A stretch of 32,000 nucleotides of DNA from the sequence record MK250016.1; one strand, given 5' to 3'. Origin of the DNA: Prevotella phage Lak-A1. Positions 1 to 12,748 of the stretch are shown here, in pieces. Numbering within the stretch: the first letter of the stretch is position 1; the number at the start of each line of letters is the position of its first letter. A program made the translations under genes and the position numbers. The notes beneath the pieces are model-generated. The model saw nothing but the letters and a program-made list of their open reading frames with translations. It did not search any database and had not been told where the DNA came from.

Positions 1-1850
1 AAGGTAAATCAGAAGAATATGCATTTATTCCTTTAGATGTTTCTGAAAAAACTTATTATAACTTTACTAATGGTATTATTTATAATGATGGTAGTACATA
101 TATTAAAAATATAACGGCTGATACATCACTATATAATTTTATTAAAGCTAAAATCATGGATGCTTCTGCAATTAGAGATCCTGATACTATAAGTATAACT
201 AATGGAACATATAATATAAACGGATATTTAAGTAATAATATGTTAACACATAACATAAAATTATATTATATTGAAAATTTTAAATATACATTGGATGCAT
301 CACAATATACTAAAGGTGATGATGAAAATACAAACGTAGTAAATAGAGGAACTACTTATATGTTTACTATTATACCTAAATTAACAAGAGACGTCTCTGT
401 ACTTGAAGCATCTCAAAAGCCCGTTGAACCAGGAGGAGGATCTGGTTCTGGTGGAGGTGATACAAGTTCTGGTGAAACAGAAGATCCAAATAAAAAATAT
501 GATATTGTATTTAGTGTTGATGGAAATCAAACATTATCATTAACACGAATTGGGACAACAAATAATTATAAATTAGGTGGAACTTTAGTTATTAAATATG
601 AGTAGTCGGATAAATCTATTAAAAATGATATTGGAACAATTAGTACTATTACAAATAATAATAGTATTTATACATTTGTAATATATTTAGGTTCAGTTTC
701 ACAACCTTGTGTGATATAGAGAATTGATGGATATAATACAACATCAAAGTTATGGGAAGGTAAAATTAATATAAATTTAGATGAAATGATACCTCAAATT
801 ACATATACGTTATTAAGTCCCGGTAGTACAATAAGTTGTGAGTTACGTATGAACATATCCAAAGATGTACCTATTTTTTCAAAGCATGGTTCTCGATTAA
901 ATTCATATATTGTAGAGAATGGGAATAGTTATGGTAAGGATAATTTTGGTTTATATAAGTTTAAGTTAAACACTATTTCTGTTCCAAAAGCAGGTACAGC
1001 AAAAGCATATTTCTTATAGTCTTTAATAGGATAGTATGGAACCTGGGACCAAACTGCATTAAATGTAATGAAAGTTAATAATATGTTTGGTTCGAGAACT
1101 AGTGGTATTTTTATTATTGTATCAGATGGCAAATATCTAAATTACGCTAATATTTCTAGTAGGATTACGTCAAGCGTACCAAATTATTTAGTTGGTGATT
1201 TTAAATTAGCATCAACTGGTCATAATAGTATATTCACATCTCCGCTTAATAATAATAATACCACTGTTGTGCTAGATGGTCCTCCGATATTTTTGTATGA
1301 TGAAAGTAATAAGCAAACAAAAATAGACAAAACAAATGGTTATGAAACTGATAATAATATATTTGATGAAACATATTTTAAACATAAGTCAGGAAATAAA
1401 TTCCCTGTTCCTGCTAGTACAGAACGTAAAAAAAATATTATTAACTTAAATAACTATAAATATCTTATGTATGAAAAGAGTTCTTCAAAACCGAATCATT
1501 ATTGTGGTAAACAACTTACTAATGCAGATTTAAGTGCATATGAAGGAAAAACATTTAATGTTGTATATGAAGTATGGACATATAAAATAAATTCAGATTT
1601 TTAGCCTTCTATAAATACACCCATAAAAAATAAAGATGGTGAACATATATTAACATCTGTAAGTCCATCATATAATTTAAACTAGAAAATTGATAGAATT
1701 GATTGGGAAACAGGAGGAGGTGGAGGAACAACCATCAAACCAGTAAATACTACATATACTGCAACAGTAACACAGTATAAATTATATAGTTTTAAATTAT
1801 CAAAAACAGATTCAACAACAGGTGTATATGAATATACATTTACAGATTAA
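1..1850 (+). CDS. Virion structural/appendage-type protein, 5' end outside the window; needs TAG read as sense
   Basis: ORF fragments 156-605, 786-1019 and 1068-1604 share one frame and are separated only by TAG. The frame is open from base 3 to TAA at 1848-1850. Gly/Ser-rich linkers and beta-rich segments. Confidence 0.75.
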
Positions 1851-1855
1851 ATATA

Positions 1856-1893
1856 AAAGAGAGATAGAACTTAACAATATTCTATCTCTCTTT
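1856..1893. terminator. Bidirectional intrinsic terminator between convergent genes
   Basis: AAAGAGAGATAGAA / TTCTATCTCTCTTT 14-bp stem, 10-nt loop, followed by TATTTTTA on the plus strand. Confidence 0.85.
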
Positions 1894-1897
1894 ATTT

Positions 1898-3745
1898 TTA
1901 TGAAAATATTATATATTTAATTTTTATAGGAATTTCATTAGGATTATACACTAATAAACTCTATAATAAGTTTTTAACTTTTAATTGTTTATCATCATCT
2001 TTACCAATTATCATATATCCATCTCCAATTCTTAACCATAAATCATTTGATGATAAGTATTCCATATACTTATATAAACCTATTACACATTCTACTGACG
2101 TATCATCATGTGAATCAACAAATTTTACATTTGTTTTATTAGGATTATTTTCCCATAAATCATTATCTTCTGAATTTCTATTTGCATCTATATACATATC
2201 AGGATCATGATATTTTATAGGCTCATCATCAAAAACTCTTTTTTCTTGTGTTGCAGGTAATCTATAAAACTCATCATTTATATTCCAATCTGTGTCATAT
2301 GCAGGTATATATAAATTATCAAAACTGTTTGTAAAACCATCATTTGATGAAATATCATTTAATGGTAAATTATCATAATCTTCTATATAAGCACGTTTCT
2401 CTTCTGGTATAAGTGCATTTATCTATACAGTAGCTAATGCTTTTTCAAATAATGTTGCTTTCTTTTTTGATATAATATTACCTTCATAGTAATTACTTAA
2501 TCTATTAATTGATACAGGAACACAAACTTCAAGCTAATCTGCTACATGATTTACCCATAATACATTTGAATCATATTCTTCATCATTTGGCCAATTAGGA
2601 ATTAATACAATACCACGCATTGCCCCATTAGGATATTTTACATTTCCTATACGTCTGTTTAAATCTTCATAACAATTAGACGGTCCAACTGAATTCATCA
2701 TTTTAAATATAAATTCTTTAATGGCATCTAATACTTTAACTATATCATATATATTATACAATGATAAAGGTCTTGTAAAATATTTCTAATAAATCTAAGG
2801 ATATTTTTGTATTATAATATCATTGAATTTCTTTGAAAATATTAAAACACCATTCTATTCAAAACATGGTAAGAAAAATCTTTTGATAACATCTATTTCA
2901 TAAACAAATGTATTAAAATCATCTGTTATAGTATCACTCAATTTTAAAAACTCTCTGTATATATCACAATTAATTTTATAATTATTAAGTTTAGAATTAT
3001 CTGTTTTATCTCCTACCAATCTAGGTTTATATTTTTCTAATAAACTTATAATGAAATCTTTTGTAATAACAGGTTCAACAAATGGAGAATCTTCAAATTC
3101 ACCAATATCTCCCTTATTATTTTCATCATTTCTTAATATAGGAATAATCTTAACATTCCTTACTATAAAATCATATCCTTCTTCCGTACTTTGAAAGTTT
3201 ATATAGTCTATTTGCTTGTTAGAACTCTCTGTATCGTCATAACTTTTAATAGATATAGAAACAGGCACCTTCAACTTATTTAATTGATTCTGAACCAAAT
3301 TTACAAATGTTCCGTATGTTTCTCTCACTGTCTCACTCTCTACATGAACATTACAAATCTTATTATTTTGTTTATATAAAATATCAAATCCTATATTACA
3401 ATAACTTTCATAATCTTCTATAGATGAAATAATATCGCTTATTAAGAAAAACTGTGATTTATATGTTTCTCCGTATTCATTACCCTGTAAAAGATATGCG
3501 GAATGTGGTTGAAGTATTTTAGTTTCTACTGTATACTAAGTTATACCGGCAGCATGTATAGTCGATAAATCAATAGATGCAAGAATATTTCCATTTGAAT
3601 CTGTTATTTGTCCTTCTGAACCAGATATATCAAATGAGGTATCTTTTTCATTTATTGTTGATGTACATGCATAACCAGAATTTGCTACATTATTATTTTT
3701 TGAATATAATTGATAAAATAAATTTTTATTCTTTGTTGTTGCCAT
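1898..3745 (-). CDS. Hypothetical structural-module protein (about 615 aa) with 7 in-frame TAG codons
   Basis: Fragments 1961-2197, 2534-2761, 2855-3328 and 3536-3763 are in one frame. Only TAGs interrupt (1961, 2423, 2534, 2786, 2795, 2855, 3536). Stop TAA at 1898-1900; ATG at 3745 (MATTKNKN...) or GTG at 3763. Confidence 0.75.
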
Positions 3746-3780
3746 TTCTGGAATATAATTCACTTTTTATATTTATTAAA

Positions 3781-3813
3781 AAATGGAATCTATAACAATA
3801 ATAGATTCCATTT
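3781..3813 (-). terminator. Intrinsic terminator downstream of the giant ORF
   Basis: AAATGGAATCTAT / ATAGATTCCATTT 13-bp stem, 7-nt loop, T-tract on the minus strand. Confidence 0.85.
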
Positions 3814-3836
3814 TATTAACTATGTAAGTTTTATAA

Positions 3837-6800
3837 TTAAGCGTTTCTGAAGAAACCATCGATAGTCTTATTCTTAAAAATAAATGTAACTCTACCTTGT
3901 GTAGGTATATTATTACCATAATAATTATGATTTGTCTAACCTGGATGTAATGGATGTTGAATACCTTTTTGCTGAGGAACAACTCTGTTACCAGCTGTAT
4001 GAGCAGGTTGCTATACATTATTATGTTGTTGAGTATTAGCAGGCGTACCTGTATTAGTTGTAATAAGATCTAATAATTCTCTAATACCATCAAATCTATT
4101 AAGAATTGCATTCTCATCAAGTCTATCAAATGAATTCTTCATTCTATCAACTGCTACTGCAATATTATTAATCTTATTAGCAAATTGCTATAATGCATTA
4201 TTACGTGCTTTTTCCTTATTAATAATTTCATCATCTAATGATTTTAATGCTCTACGTGCAGCTTCAAGTTTAGTTGTATATATTTTAACTTTACTTGTAG
4301 TAACTTGTATCTATGCAGTAAATGTTTTTAACCTTGCAGTATATGTACGCATAGAACCGGAAGTAACATTCATATTTCTATTAATTTCTGGAGATGTTAA
4401 TCTCTTTATATTATTAATAAACATATTTATATGAATTCCTAACTGTTTCTGGCGTTGCATTTCTCTTGACAGATAAATCATTTTCTTTGCAATCTCTAAA
4501 TAAAGATCCATAAATTGTGATGTTCTCCTAAAATCAATACGATCAGAAGCTTTTGAAACACCTACCATCTGTCGTTGCATTTTTGTTAATACATTACCAA
4601 AATTAGTAACTGTTGTAATAGGCTTAACTTTAGTATTAAATGATAATTGATTTATTATTTTCCTATATACACAAACAACTTTATATACAGAAACTACAAA
4701 TTTCTGTGCAATATCAGCAGATGGTTTTGAGGTTTCAAATATTTTACCACTTATACTAAAATATGTAGCTAACTATGTTAATACAGATGTAAACTTAGAT
4801 GCAACTTCATTTCCTTGCGATAAAACTTTACCCTTATCATCTGTCATTGCTGTTATTATTCTCTTAAGATTATCTACAGATGTTTTAATTGTTTTCATTA
4901 CAGCATTGACTACTTTAGCGGTTGATTGAATTTTATTATATTTTTCCATATTTTCTTTTTTAGAAAGATTATTAGAAATAATAGTAATAAAATCAACAAA
5001 TGCATTTGCAATGTTTTGAGATATTGTTCTTATGAATTTAGATTGTAAACATAAATAATCCTTTGACTATGCAGTAGTTCCCTTTTTATTAGATGTTAAT
5101 GATAAGAAAGGTTTTAATGTATTTGAAAAATCTTTTACTGCTTTCATAATAGGATTAATAGTATTCTTTATAATATCTGCAATACTTTCCGCTTTCTCTA
5201 TAAAACCTTCATTTGCAAAACTCTTTACAAGGTAATTTATAAATTCTACAAACATCCTACCTACTTCTCTTGCAGCGTTAGTAAATGCACCACGTTTTAA
5301 TTTCTTCGTTATCGGTATTAATTTACCATCTTTATCTTTAACATAATGATCTACATATACACCTGTTGCTAATTTAAGAATTGCATCAACATACTGACCA
5401 ACTCCTTCCATAACAGGTCCAATAGAACTACCTATTGCATTTAATGCATCTTCCGTTTTATTCCCCCAGAATGAACCATGTCGTTCAAATACTGTTACTA
5501 ATTGATCTACAAAATAAGAAAATGTTGTAGCAACAGAAATTGCTGCCATTATAAAATCAATTGGTGTCACTTTAGCAAGATGTGGTACAGTATAATTACC
5601 ATCTTTATCTTTCATATAATAATCTGTATATGTACCCGTTGCTAATTTCATAATAGCATCAACAAATTTACCTACACCTTCCATAATAGGCATAATAGAA
5701 TCTTTCATTGCATCCATTGCCCATATCATATTAGGTTGTAATTGATTAAAAGATTTTCCTAACTAAACAATGAAATCACCAAAACGTTCTGAAACAAATG
5801 TTGCAGATGTAGAAAATATAGAAGGATCTACCTATTCATATTCAGGTTTACCATTTTTATCATAACCTGTTACAATCTACATAGTAGAAACTTTAATTAC
5901 TGTATCAACAAATTTTGATACTGCATCCATAACAGGTTCCATTACCTAACCAACAGTTGATATAGCAAACATTGCTTTAAATGACATCTTATCAAATGCA
6001 TCACTTAACGACTATAAGAATATATTAAACTGAGATGAAATTGCAGTTGCTGCCTTACTAAAATCGGTAGCAGTTACTTTTCTAAATATAGGTTTCTTAT
6101 TATTATCATAACCAATTATATATGTACCTGTTGCAACTTTCATCACAATATCGACAAAAGTACTAACCTATTTCATAATAGGATCCATTACCTACATTAA
6201 TAATGATATTCCTAATATTGATAATGCATCAAGTTTTTTAAAACCATCACTTAAACCTGTTAAAAATTCTGTAAATCCTTTTGTAACAGCAGAAGCCGCA
6301 TCTGCAAATACAGTTGCAGGCAAATGTTCATACATAGGTTTACCATTATCATCATAGCCTGCAATATAATTCATTGTTGCAACTTTCATAATAATATCAA
6401 TGTAATCAGATATTGTTGTTAATATAGGACGTAATGCCATCGAAATTATTAATGCCATTGCAGTTCCGTCAAAATCGCTAAATGCTTTAACAATTGCTTG
6501 CATTGAACCAAGAACACTATTAACATCATCTTTTGATTTGCCTAACATTATTTCTGAAAATGTTTGAATCATCTTTGAATCACAAATCTCTGTTATATAT
6601 TTCATCTACATAACAGTTAATGTTAATACACCAAATACTGCCATAATAATAGGAGCAAATGCGCCAGCGGCAATTGCCTATGCCATTTGTATAGGGTTCG
6701 GTGCAGCAGCTTTTATAACATCATACATTACTTCATATAATGCTACCGCTGTTTTACCAGTCTCCCTCATTTTCTATTCATTCATTACCATAACAAGTGA

Positions 6801-9800
6801 TAATGCTTTCATAAATAATACCATAACGCCTGATACAACTGTCATAATACCACCTATTACAGTTAATACTGCACCACCAGCAATAATTAAAGGAAGTAAT
6901 GGTGTTAACGCACCTATAGCAGTAAATACAGTTCCCATTATCGCGAATAATCCAATCATTGTTGCAGCACCTAAAAATACAGCACCACCTTTGTTCAAAT
7001 CATCAACTTTCTTCGCTTCATATGCAAATAATAACAAAGTTGCGCCAGTAATATCCATTAATACTCCTATCGCTGTCATAACAATACCGCCGATAATAGT
7101 ATCTGGTAAGAATTGTTCTAACTTAGAAATACCAAACATTACTGCACCCATTAATGCTAATGTTCCTATCATTGTAGCAGCACCTAAGAATACTGCACCG
7201 CCTTTATTTAATTCATCTATCTTCTTTGCTTCATAAGCAAATAATAAACATGCTGTTCCTGTAGCTAACATAACAACTGCAACAGCTGTCATAATAACTG
7301 CACCAATTGCTAATTCAACCGCAAACTTATCAGCAAATTTTCCTATCAAGAATAATACGGCACCAAATATTGCAATAATACCTAACACAACACCTGCACC
7401 AATCAATGCTTCAGGCCACATTTTACCTATAGGAATCAATATATCTTTAGTAATTAAGGAAATTCCCAATAAGATAAATGCCATAGCTGCAGTTGCTAAT
7501 ATAGCGTATCCTGCTTTTTTACCATCAACTTTAGATAATATATATGTACCAAATATAAGAGCTGCGATAATGAATAATGTTATACCCATACCTATACCAG
7601 CTTCTTTACCATTCTAACCAATTGGTATTAATAAATCTTTTGTAATTAAAGCAATACCCATATAGATAACAGCTAATACAACAGTTGCTGCTAAACTCCA
7701 TAATGCATGTTTACCATTAATTTTTGATAACATATATACACCAAATATTAATCCTGCAACAATAAACATTGTTGCTATTGCACCTATCATTATATCACCA
7801 AAATTCTAACCAATCGGAACCAATATATCTTTAGATATTAATGCAATACCCATATAGATAACAGCAAGAATCGCAGTTGCTGCTAATCCCCATAATGCAC
7901 GTTTACCATTTACCTTATTTAATAATTGAACACCATATATTAAACCACCTATTATAACAAGCGTTATAATTGCACCACCTATTACATCATCTGCTTTTTT
8001 ACCTATAGGTATTAATAATGCTAATGATATAATTGAAACTAATGCAAAAATTAATGATATTTTTAATAAATTAGATGCACCTTGCTCTATATCTTTATTT
8101 GCTTTAGCTATATATTTAACTGCAAAAATACCCAATGCTATAACTAATGAAACAACAAGTCCACCTGTCATAACATCTCCTAAACTATTACCTATTGGTG
8201 CTAATAAAGTTGCAGATACCAAAGCAATTATAGCAAATACTCCTGCAATCTTTAACATTGCATTTGTTGATGCGTTAAGATTTTTAGAATCTATAGAAGA
8301 TAATTTATTCACAAGATAAACTGAACCTGCAACAAATAATGTCAATATTCCTAATGATGCTATAATTGTTTTAACACTATTATTCTTTACCGTTAATGCT
8401 AATAATAATAAAGACACAGACAATGACATTACCATTAAACCAATACCAGTTAATACACCTTGAGCATATTTTAAACTTTTATCAAGTTTCTGATCTGATA
8501 AATCTTTTATTAAATTCTTAAATCCATTTACAGCAAATCTTAATATTAATAAACTGACTACTACTGTACCAATACCAACTAATTTAGTTACTAATGATAA
8601 TGCTATTAATATACCACCAATAGTTCCTATTGATATTGATAACATTCTTATAATATCACATGAATTTTTTACATCTTTTTTACTTAAATCTGTTACTAAA
8701 TCTGTTACTGTAGTTTTCATGAATTTAATTAAATAACGAACAACAAGTACAGATTCAACTATTGTTTTAAATGATGTAACTTTTATAGTTAATGCAATGA
8801 ATATAACACCTAATAATAATGAGCGCATTGCATCATCCCATGCTTTAAAAAAAACAGATATAGCATTAACTTGTTTTACATCCCATTTTTGAGATAATAT
8901 AGTATTAAAGAAATCAACCAATTTCTTTGCACGTTTTTCAGTTAATGAACTTACAGTAAATATAAAGTTTAATATCTGTACTTTTTTAATATCAAATAAC
9001 GCGTTTAATATTGCAAGCATACTATTGACTGTATTCTCTACTCGCTTACCGCTTGGTATTTCGTTAATAAATGTAGAAAAGAAATTTGCAAGTATTTTTG
9101 CTGTAAATCCATTTAATGTTTTAGCTAATTTAAAAACAGAGAATTTCTGATCTGGATCTGCAAGTTTTACAAGTGGATCTAATATACCGCCTAAATACTT
9201 TATACTTTCATCTACTTTTAAATCACCTTTAAGATATTTAGAAATTGACTTAATAAACTATCCTAATTGTCTACCTAATAACCAGCCTCTAATTGGATTT
9301 AAACTGATTTTCATTTTAAATACATTAGAATCAACTAATTTAGATATACCACCCATTAAATCTCCTATTGGTTTAATAAGCTTTTCTATATCTTTCTATT
9401 TAGGATTTGCTTTACTGATAGAATTAATTAATGTGGTAATAAATTTACCCATTCGCTTTGCTGATTTTACGTCTAATTTGTTTATATTCTTCTATAGTGT
9501 AATCATATCTATAGCAACTAATGTAGACATTGTTTCAACAACAGCTTTTATAATACCAACACTTTTACCTACCTATTTAGAATTCTATAATGTTAGTCCC
9601 TAAATAAAATCAACAATATTCTTTGCACCTTCTGCATTTATTTCAGTCATCTTATTAATAGCTTTCAAGAAACTATCAATATTATCAAATGTATCATTAT
9701 CGACTTTAAGACTTGATAAAACAGTATTTACATTTCCTATAGATGTGGCAACTTTATTTAATACGTCATTATCTATTGATTCCATTGCAACCAGACCTTT

Positions 9801-10001
9801 TGACAGTTTCTCTAACTATTCTCCGACTGTTGCTGCTGATTCATCTTTAGCTGTCTCAACAATACCCTATAACAAACTTACTATAGTACTATCAGCTTTC
9901 TATTCAAGAGTTTCTTTCTTTTTCTCTTCATGCTGATTTACCATAGTATCAAGAATGTTAAAAATACCATTAAGTGCTTCTTCAGAAGACATTTGTGCCA
10001 T
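3837..10001 (-). CDS. Giant repeat-rich protein of 2054 aa, candidate tape measure/tail protein, dozens of in-frame TAGs
   Basis: Fragments 4311-4580, 5067-5729, 6192-6605, 6774-7589, 7806-9020 and 9600-9785 are all in one frame. The 9020-9600 gap contains only TAG (9258, 9396, 9492, 9573, 9585, 9600). Start ATG 10001 (MAQMSSEEALNGIFNILDTMVNQHEEKKKETLEQKAD...), stop TAA 3837-3839. Long hydrophobic helices and internal repeats. Confidence 0.75.
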
Positions 10002-10023
10002 ATCGTTTTAAATCGTTTAATTT

Positions 10024-10389
10024 TTATTTAGATGTTGTTTTCTTTTTCTATACAACATATTGGTTATGTTTTATCTATTTAACAGTATATATAATACCTG
10101 TTGTTTTATCATATAATGTTGAATATTCATATACATTATTATCATCACCATCTTTAATAGGTGTTTTTATCCATTTATTATATCCAGGTAATTTATCTGC
10201 TTTTGTTAATGAATCTAATTGTAAAATATCTAATGTATCATTTTTCATTGTTTTTACTGATTTAATAGAAACGGAATATGTAGAATCATTTGATTTATTG
10301 TTTCCTGTATTCTATTTTAAATCACAAGAATTAAATGAAAAAGTAAGGCTTAATAAAGAGCCTAATAAAATATACTTCAAACTTTTCAT
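10024..10389 (-). CDS. Small secreted lipoprotein, TAG-recoded (121 aa)
   Basis: Table-15 translation MKSLKYILLGSLLSLTFSFNSCDLKQNTGNNKSNDSTYSVSIKSVKTMKNDTLDILQLDSLTKADKLPGYNKWIKTPIKDGDDNNVYEYSTLYDKTTGIIYTVKQIKHNQYVVQKKKTTSK. Signal peptide followed by Cys; three in-frame TAGs; TAA stop. Confidence 0.7.
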
Positions 10390-10441
10390 AATTATTTAAA
10401 TATTATTAGTTAAAATATTTAATATATTTATTAGTTATAAA

Positions 10442-10470
10442 TAGACAATATCAATGTTTATAACTATAAT
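10442..10470 (+). promoter_or_regulatory. Promoter TAGACA-N17-TATAAT upstream of the 10498 gene
   Basis: TAGACA 10442-10447, 17-nt spacer, TATAAT 10465-10470 followed by AAATTA; same architecture as the 28.8 and 29.0 kb promoters. Confidence 0.6.
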
Positions 10471-10497
10471 AAATTAAGTAAAATTATATATTCATAT

Positions 10498-11004
10498 ATG
10501 GGAAGAAAAAAGAAAGACAATAATGAAGATGTTGAAAAAATAAAAACACCTAAAGCTATTGGTCCATATGATATTATTTCTATGATGTGTACTAATTTTG
10601 AAGGATTCAATAAATTATCTGATACGATATTAGATAAAAATTTCTTTTTAATTAATAGAGTATTTAGTATTAAATATCCTTTACAAGGTGCATTATTTAA
10701 TAAGAATACAATTAATACAGCAGGTGTAATTAAATCATGGGCAATGTTTATATCAAGTAAAGAAGGATATGGACGTGTGCCTTATTTTGTTTATACAAAA
10801 GGTGCAAAAAAATCTGCTAGCACATCATCAAAGACTGATAAAATAGATAAAGAATTAATTAAGGAATATTGTAAACGTTATAAAATTAATCTCAAAGATT
10901 TTGAGACATTAAAATCTTTATATTATGATGAACTTATAGCAGATGTTAAACGATATGAAAAATTAATTTCAATTAAAGAACAAGAAAAAAATATTTCAAA
11001 ATAA
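10498..11004 (+). CDS. Hypothetical protein; weak resemblance to T4-like clamp-loader small subunit
   Basis: 168-aa ORF with no internal TAG; NRVFSIKYPLQG...W and C-terminal KRYKINLKDFE segments. The family link is from memory only. Confidence 0.7.
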   Translation: MGRKKKDNNEDVEKIKTPKAIGPYDIISMMCTNFEGFNKLSDTILDKNFFLINRVFSIKYPLQGALFNKNTINTAGVIKSWAMFISSKEGYGRVPYFVYTKGAKKSASTSSKTDKIDKELIKEYCKRYKINLKDFETLKSLYYDELIADVKRYEKLISIKEQEKNISK

Positions 11005-11020
11005 ATCATAATAAACAAAA

Positions 11021-11650
11021 ATGATGAAAATATACCCAGAAAAATTAGTGAAGTCAATACAAACAATAATTGACTCAGGTAAAGTAGAAATTTCTACATT
11101 CAATTCATATGATGAATTTATTCCAGAAATTAATTCATGTGAAATTCATATAAAGTTTACAAAGAATTCAAAGGGAGATCGTGAACCTATTATTATGGTT
11201 AATAATAGTGATATTACATCCCAATTCATCAATAGTTGGCGAACATCTGCTCCAGGTAAATTTATGTGTAAAGATTATCGTAAAGATAAAAAAGATTTTA
11301 TTGGTAATACTTTATACCATGTAGTTAAATTTACATTAGATGGTGTTAAGATGCAAATGATGGTAAGGCTTCTTACTGAAATTACAGAAGATTGTACAGA
11401 ATCTGATAGAAAAGAACTTATTAATGAATATGGCGATTTATCTATCAGTGGTAAGATCTTTTCTATTATTAAGATAATGCCTGATGATGGTAGAAATGGA
11501 TGGAATTGTTGGGATCGTTATAAATCACGTGATAATAATTACATTATTAATCTATATGAAACAAATTCAGCTTATATTGATGAAGCAAACGATGACAATG
11601 ACAATAATGAATGTGATGAAGATTCAAATGAATCTGAACCATTGTTTTAA
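11021..11650 (+). CDS. Hypothetical protein with acidic C-terminus
   Basis: 209-aa ORF in the same operon, ending EADDNDNNECDEDSNESEPLF; TAA stop. Confidence 0.7.
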   Translation: MMKIYPEKLVKSIQTIIDSGKVEISTFNSYDEFIPEINSCEIHIKFTKNSKGDREPIIMVNNSDITSQFINSWRTSAPGKFMCKDYRKDKKDFIGNTLYHVVKFTLDGVKMQMMVRLLTEITEDCTESDRKELINEYGDLSISGKIFSIIKIMPDDGRNGWNCWDRYKSRDNNYIINLYETNSAYIDEANDDNDNNECDEDSNESEPLF

Positions 11651-11652
11651 TA

Positions 11653-12708
11653 ATGATTAAGGATATAACACAAATAGGAAATAAACCTGTTAGTTTTATA
11701 AAGGAATTTATTAATAATTGTACGATAGAAGAAAAAATAGATACTCATTATGTCATTGTTGAGATAACATCTAAACAAACTATAACAATTAAAAAAGCAA
11801 CAGGAAAAGTCGTTGATAGAGTTGACATGATACTTAATAGTATGTGGAGTCAACTTGTAACTGATTGGAATTTTATTAAACTTGCAAATCAAGATTTATT
11901 TAAAGAACATGTAGGTTATAATATATCAATGTTTTACTTCCCTAGTAATAAACCTTTATTAACAGAATATCCTAATAATATTAAATATCTTATAGATAGA
12001 ATTACATATAATGATGAAAATATTAATCCTGATTCATTTATTAATAAAATCAGATTAAAAGACAAGTTTAATATATCGATTAAACATAATTTAAAAAAAT
12101 TATTAACTAATGATAATATAATAAATCTTATTAAAAATATTAATGGTGATACAAAACTTAATTATGATTATAAGAATTTATTTTATGAGTTAATAGATAA
12201 ATCTGACATATTAGCAAAAGAACCTGAAGGATATATATTTAAATGGAAGAAAAATCTTTATCAACTTATATTTAATAACAGAGAACGTATAAATCCAGAG
12301 AAAACACAATATGAATATTTGTTATGTGATTTTGTTTCTTACTGTAAAAGTATAAAATATCAAGATAAGATTCATCATAGTTATGTAAAAACAGTATGTG
12401 CATTATTTAATGATTATATAATAAATTGGGAAGAACAGAATCATAATATTGAAAATAATATAGATATAAATAGTATTCAATCACCAACATTAGGAACATC
12501 ATTTGATATGGGATATGAATATATACCTGATATTATAACAATGAATTTATGTAAATCCAATGAATTATATAAAAGTATATTTAAAGTATTATTGGCAAAT
12601 CTCAGAAGAGGTAAAGATAATAGTAAATGTATATACATGAATAAGAAGCAAGTTGATGATTGGAATATTATAATGAAAAATATTAAGGTAAGAACTTTAA
12701 CAATTTAA
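11653..12708 (+). CDS. Hypothetical protein, possible divergent nucleotidyltransferase/ligase-like fold
   Basis: 351-aa ORF. HYVIVEITSKQTITIKKATG and PEGYIFKWKKNLYQL resemble ligase motif surroundings, but no clear KxDG is present. Confidence 0.7.
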   Translation: MIKDITQIGNKPVSFIKEFINNCTIEEKIDTHYVIVEITSKQTITIKKATGKVVDRVDMILNSMWSQLVTDWNFIKLANQDLFKEHVGYNISMFYFPSNKPLLTEYPNNIKYLIDRITYNDENINPDSFINKIRLKDKFNISIKHNLKKLLTNDNIINLIKNINGDTKLNYDYKNLFYELIDKSDILAKEPEGYIFKWKKNLYQLIFNNRERINPEKTQYEYLLCDFVSYCKSIKYQDKIHHSYVKTVCALFNDYIINWEEQNHNIENNIDINSIQSPTLGTSFDMGYEYIPDIITMNLCKSNELYKSIFKVLLANLRRGKDNSKCIYMNKKQVDDWNIIMKNIKVRTLTI

Positions 12709-12748
12709 GTATTTAATAAATATATAAAGTTAAATGCTAAATTAGGTT

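Noticed and set aside
2534-3328. Several independent short genes implied by the standard-code ORF track
   Set aside because: They share one frame and are separated only by TAG, so they are fragments of a single table-15 gene.
3776-4018. Minus-strand 80-aa ORF
   Set aside because: Different frame from the giant ORF, spans the terminator and overlaps the giant ORF's 3' end.
6991-7236. Plus-strand ORF inside the giant minus gene
   Set aside because: Shadow ORF opposite repetitive coding sequence; no supporting motif.
9974-10399. Plus-strand 141-aa ORF
   Set aside because: Antisense to the coherent TAG-recoded lipoprotein on minus; composition looks like a reverse-complement artefact.
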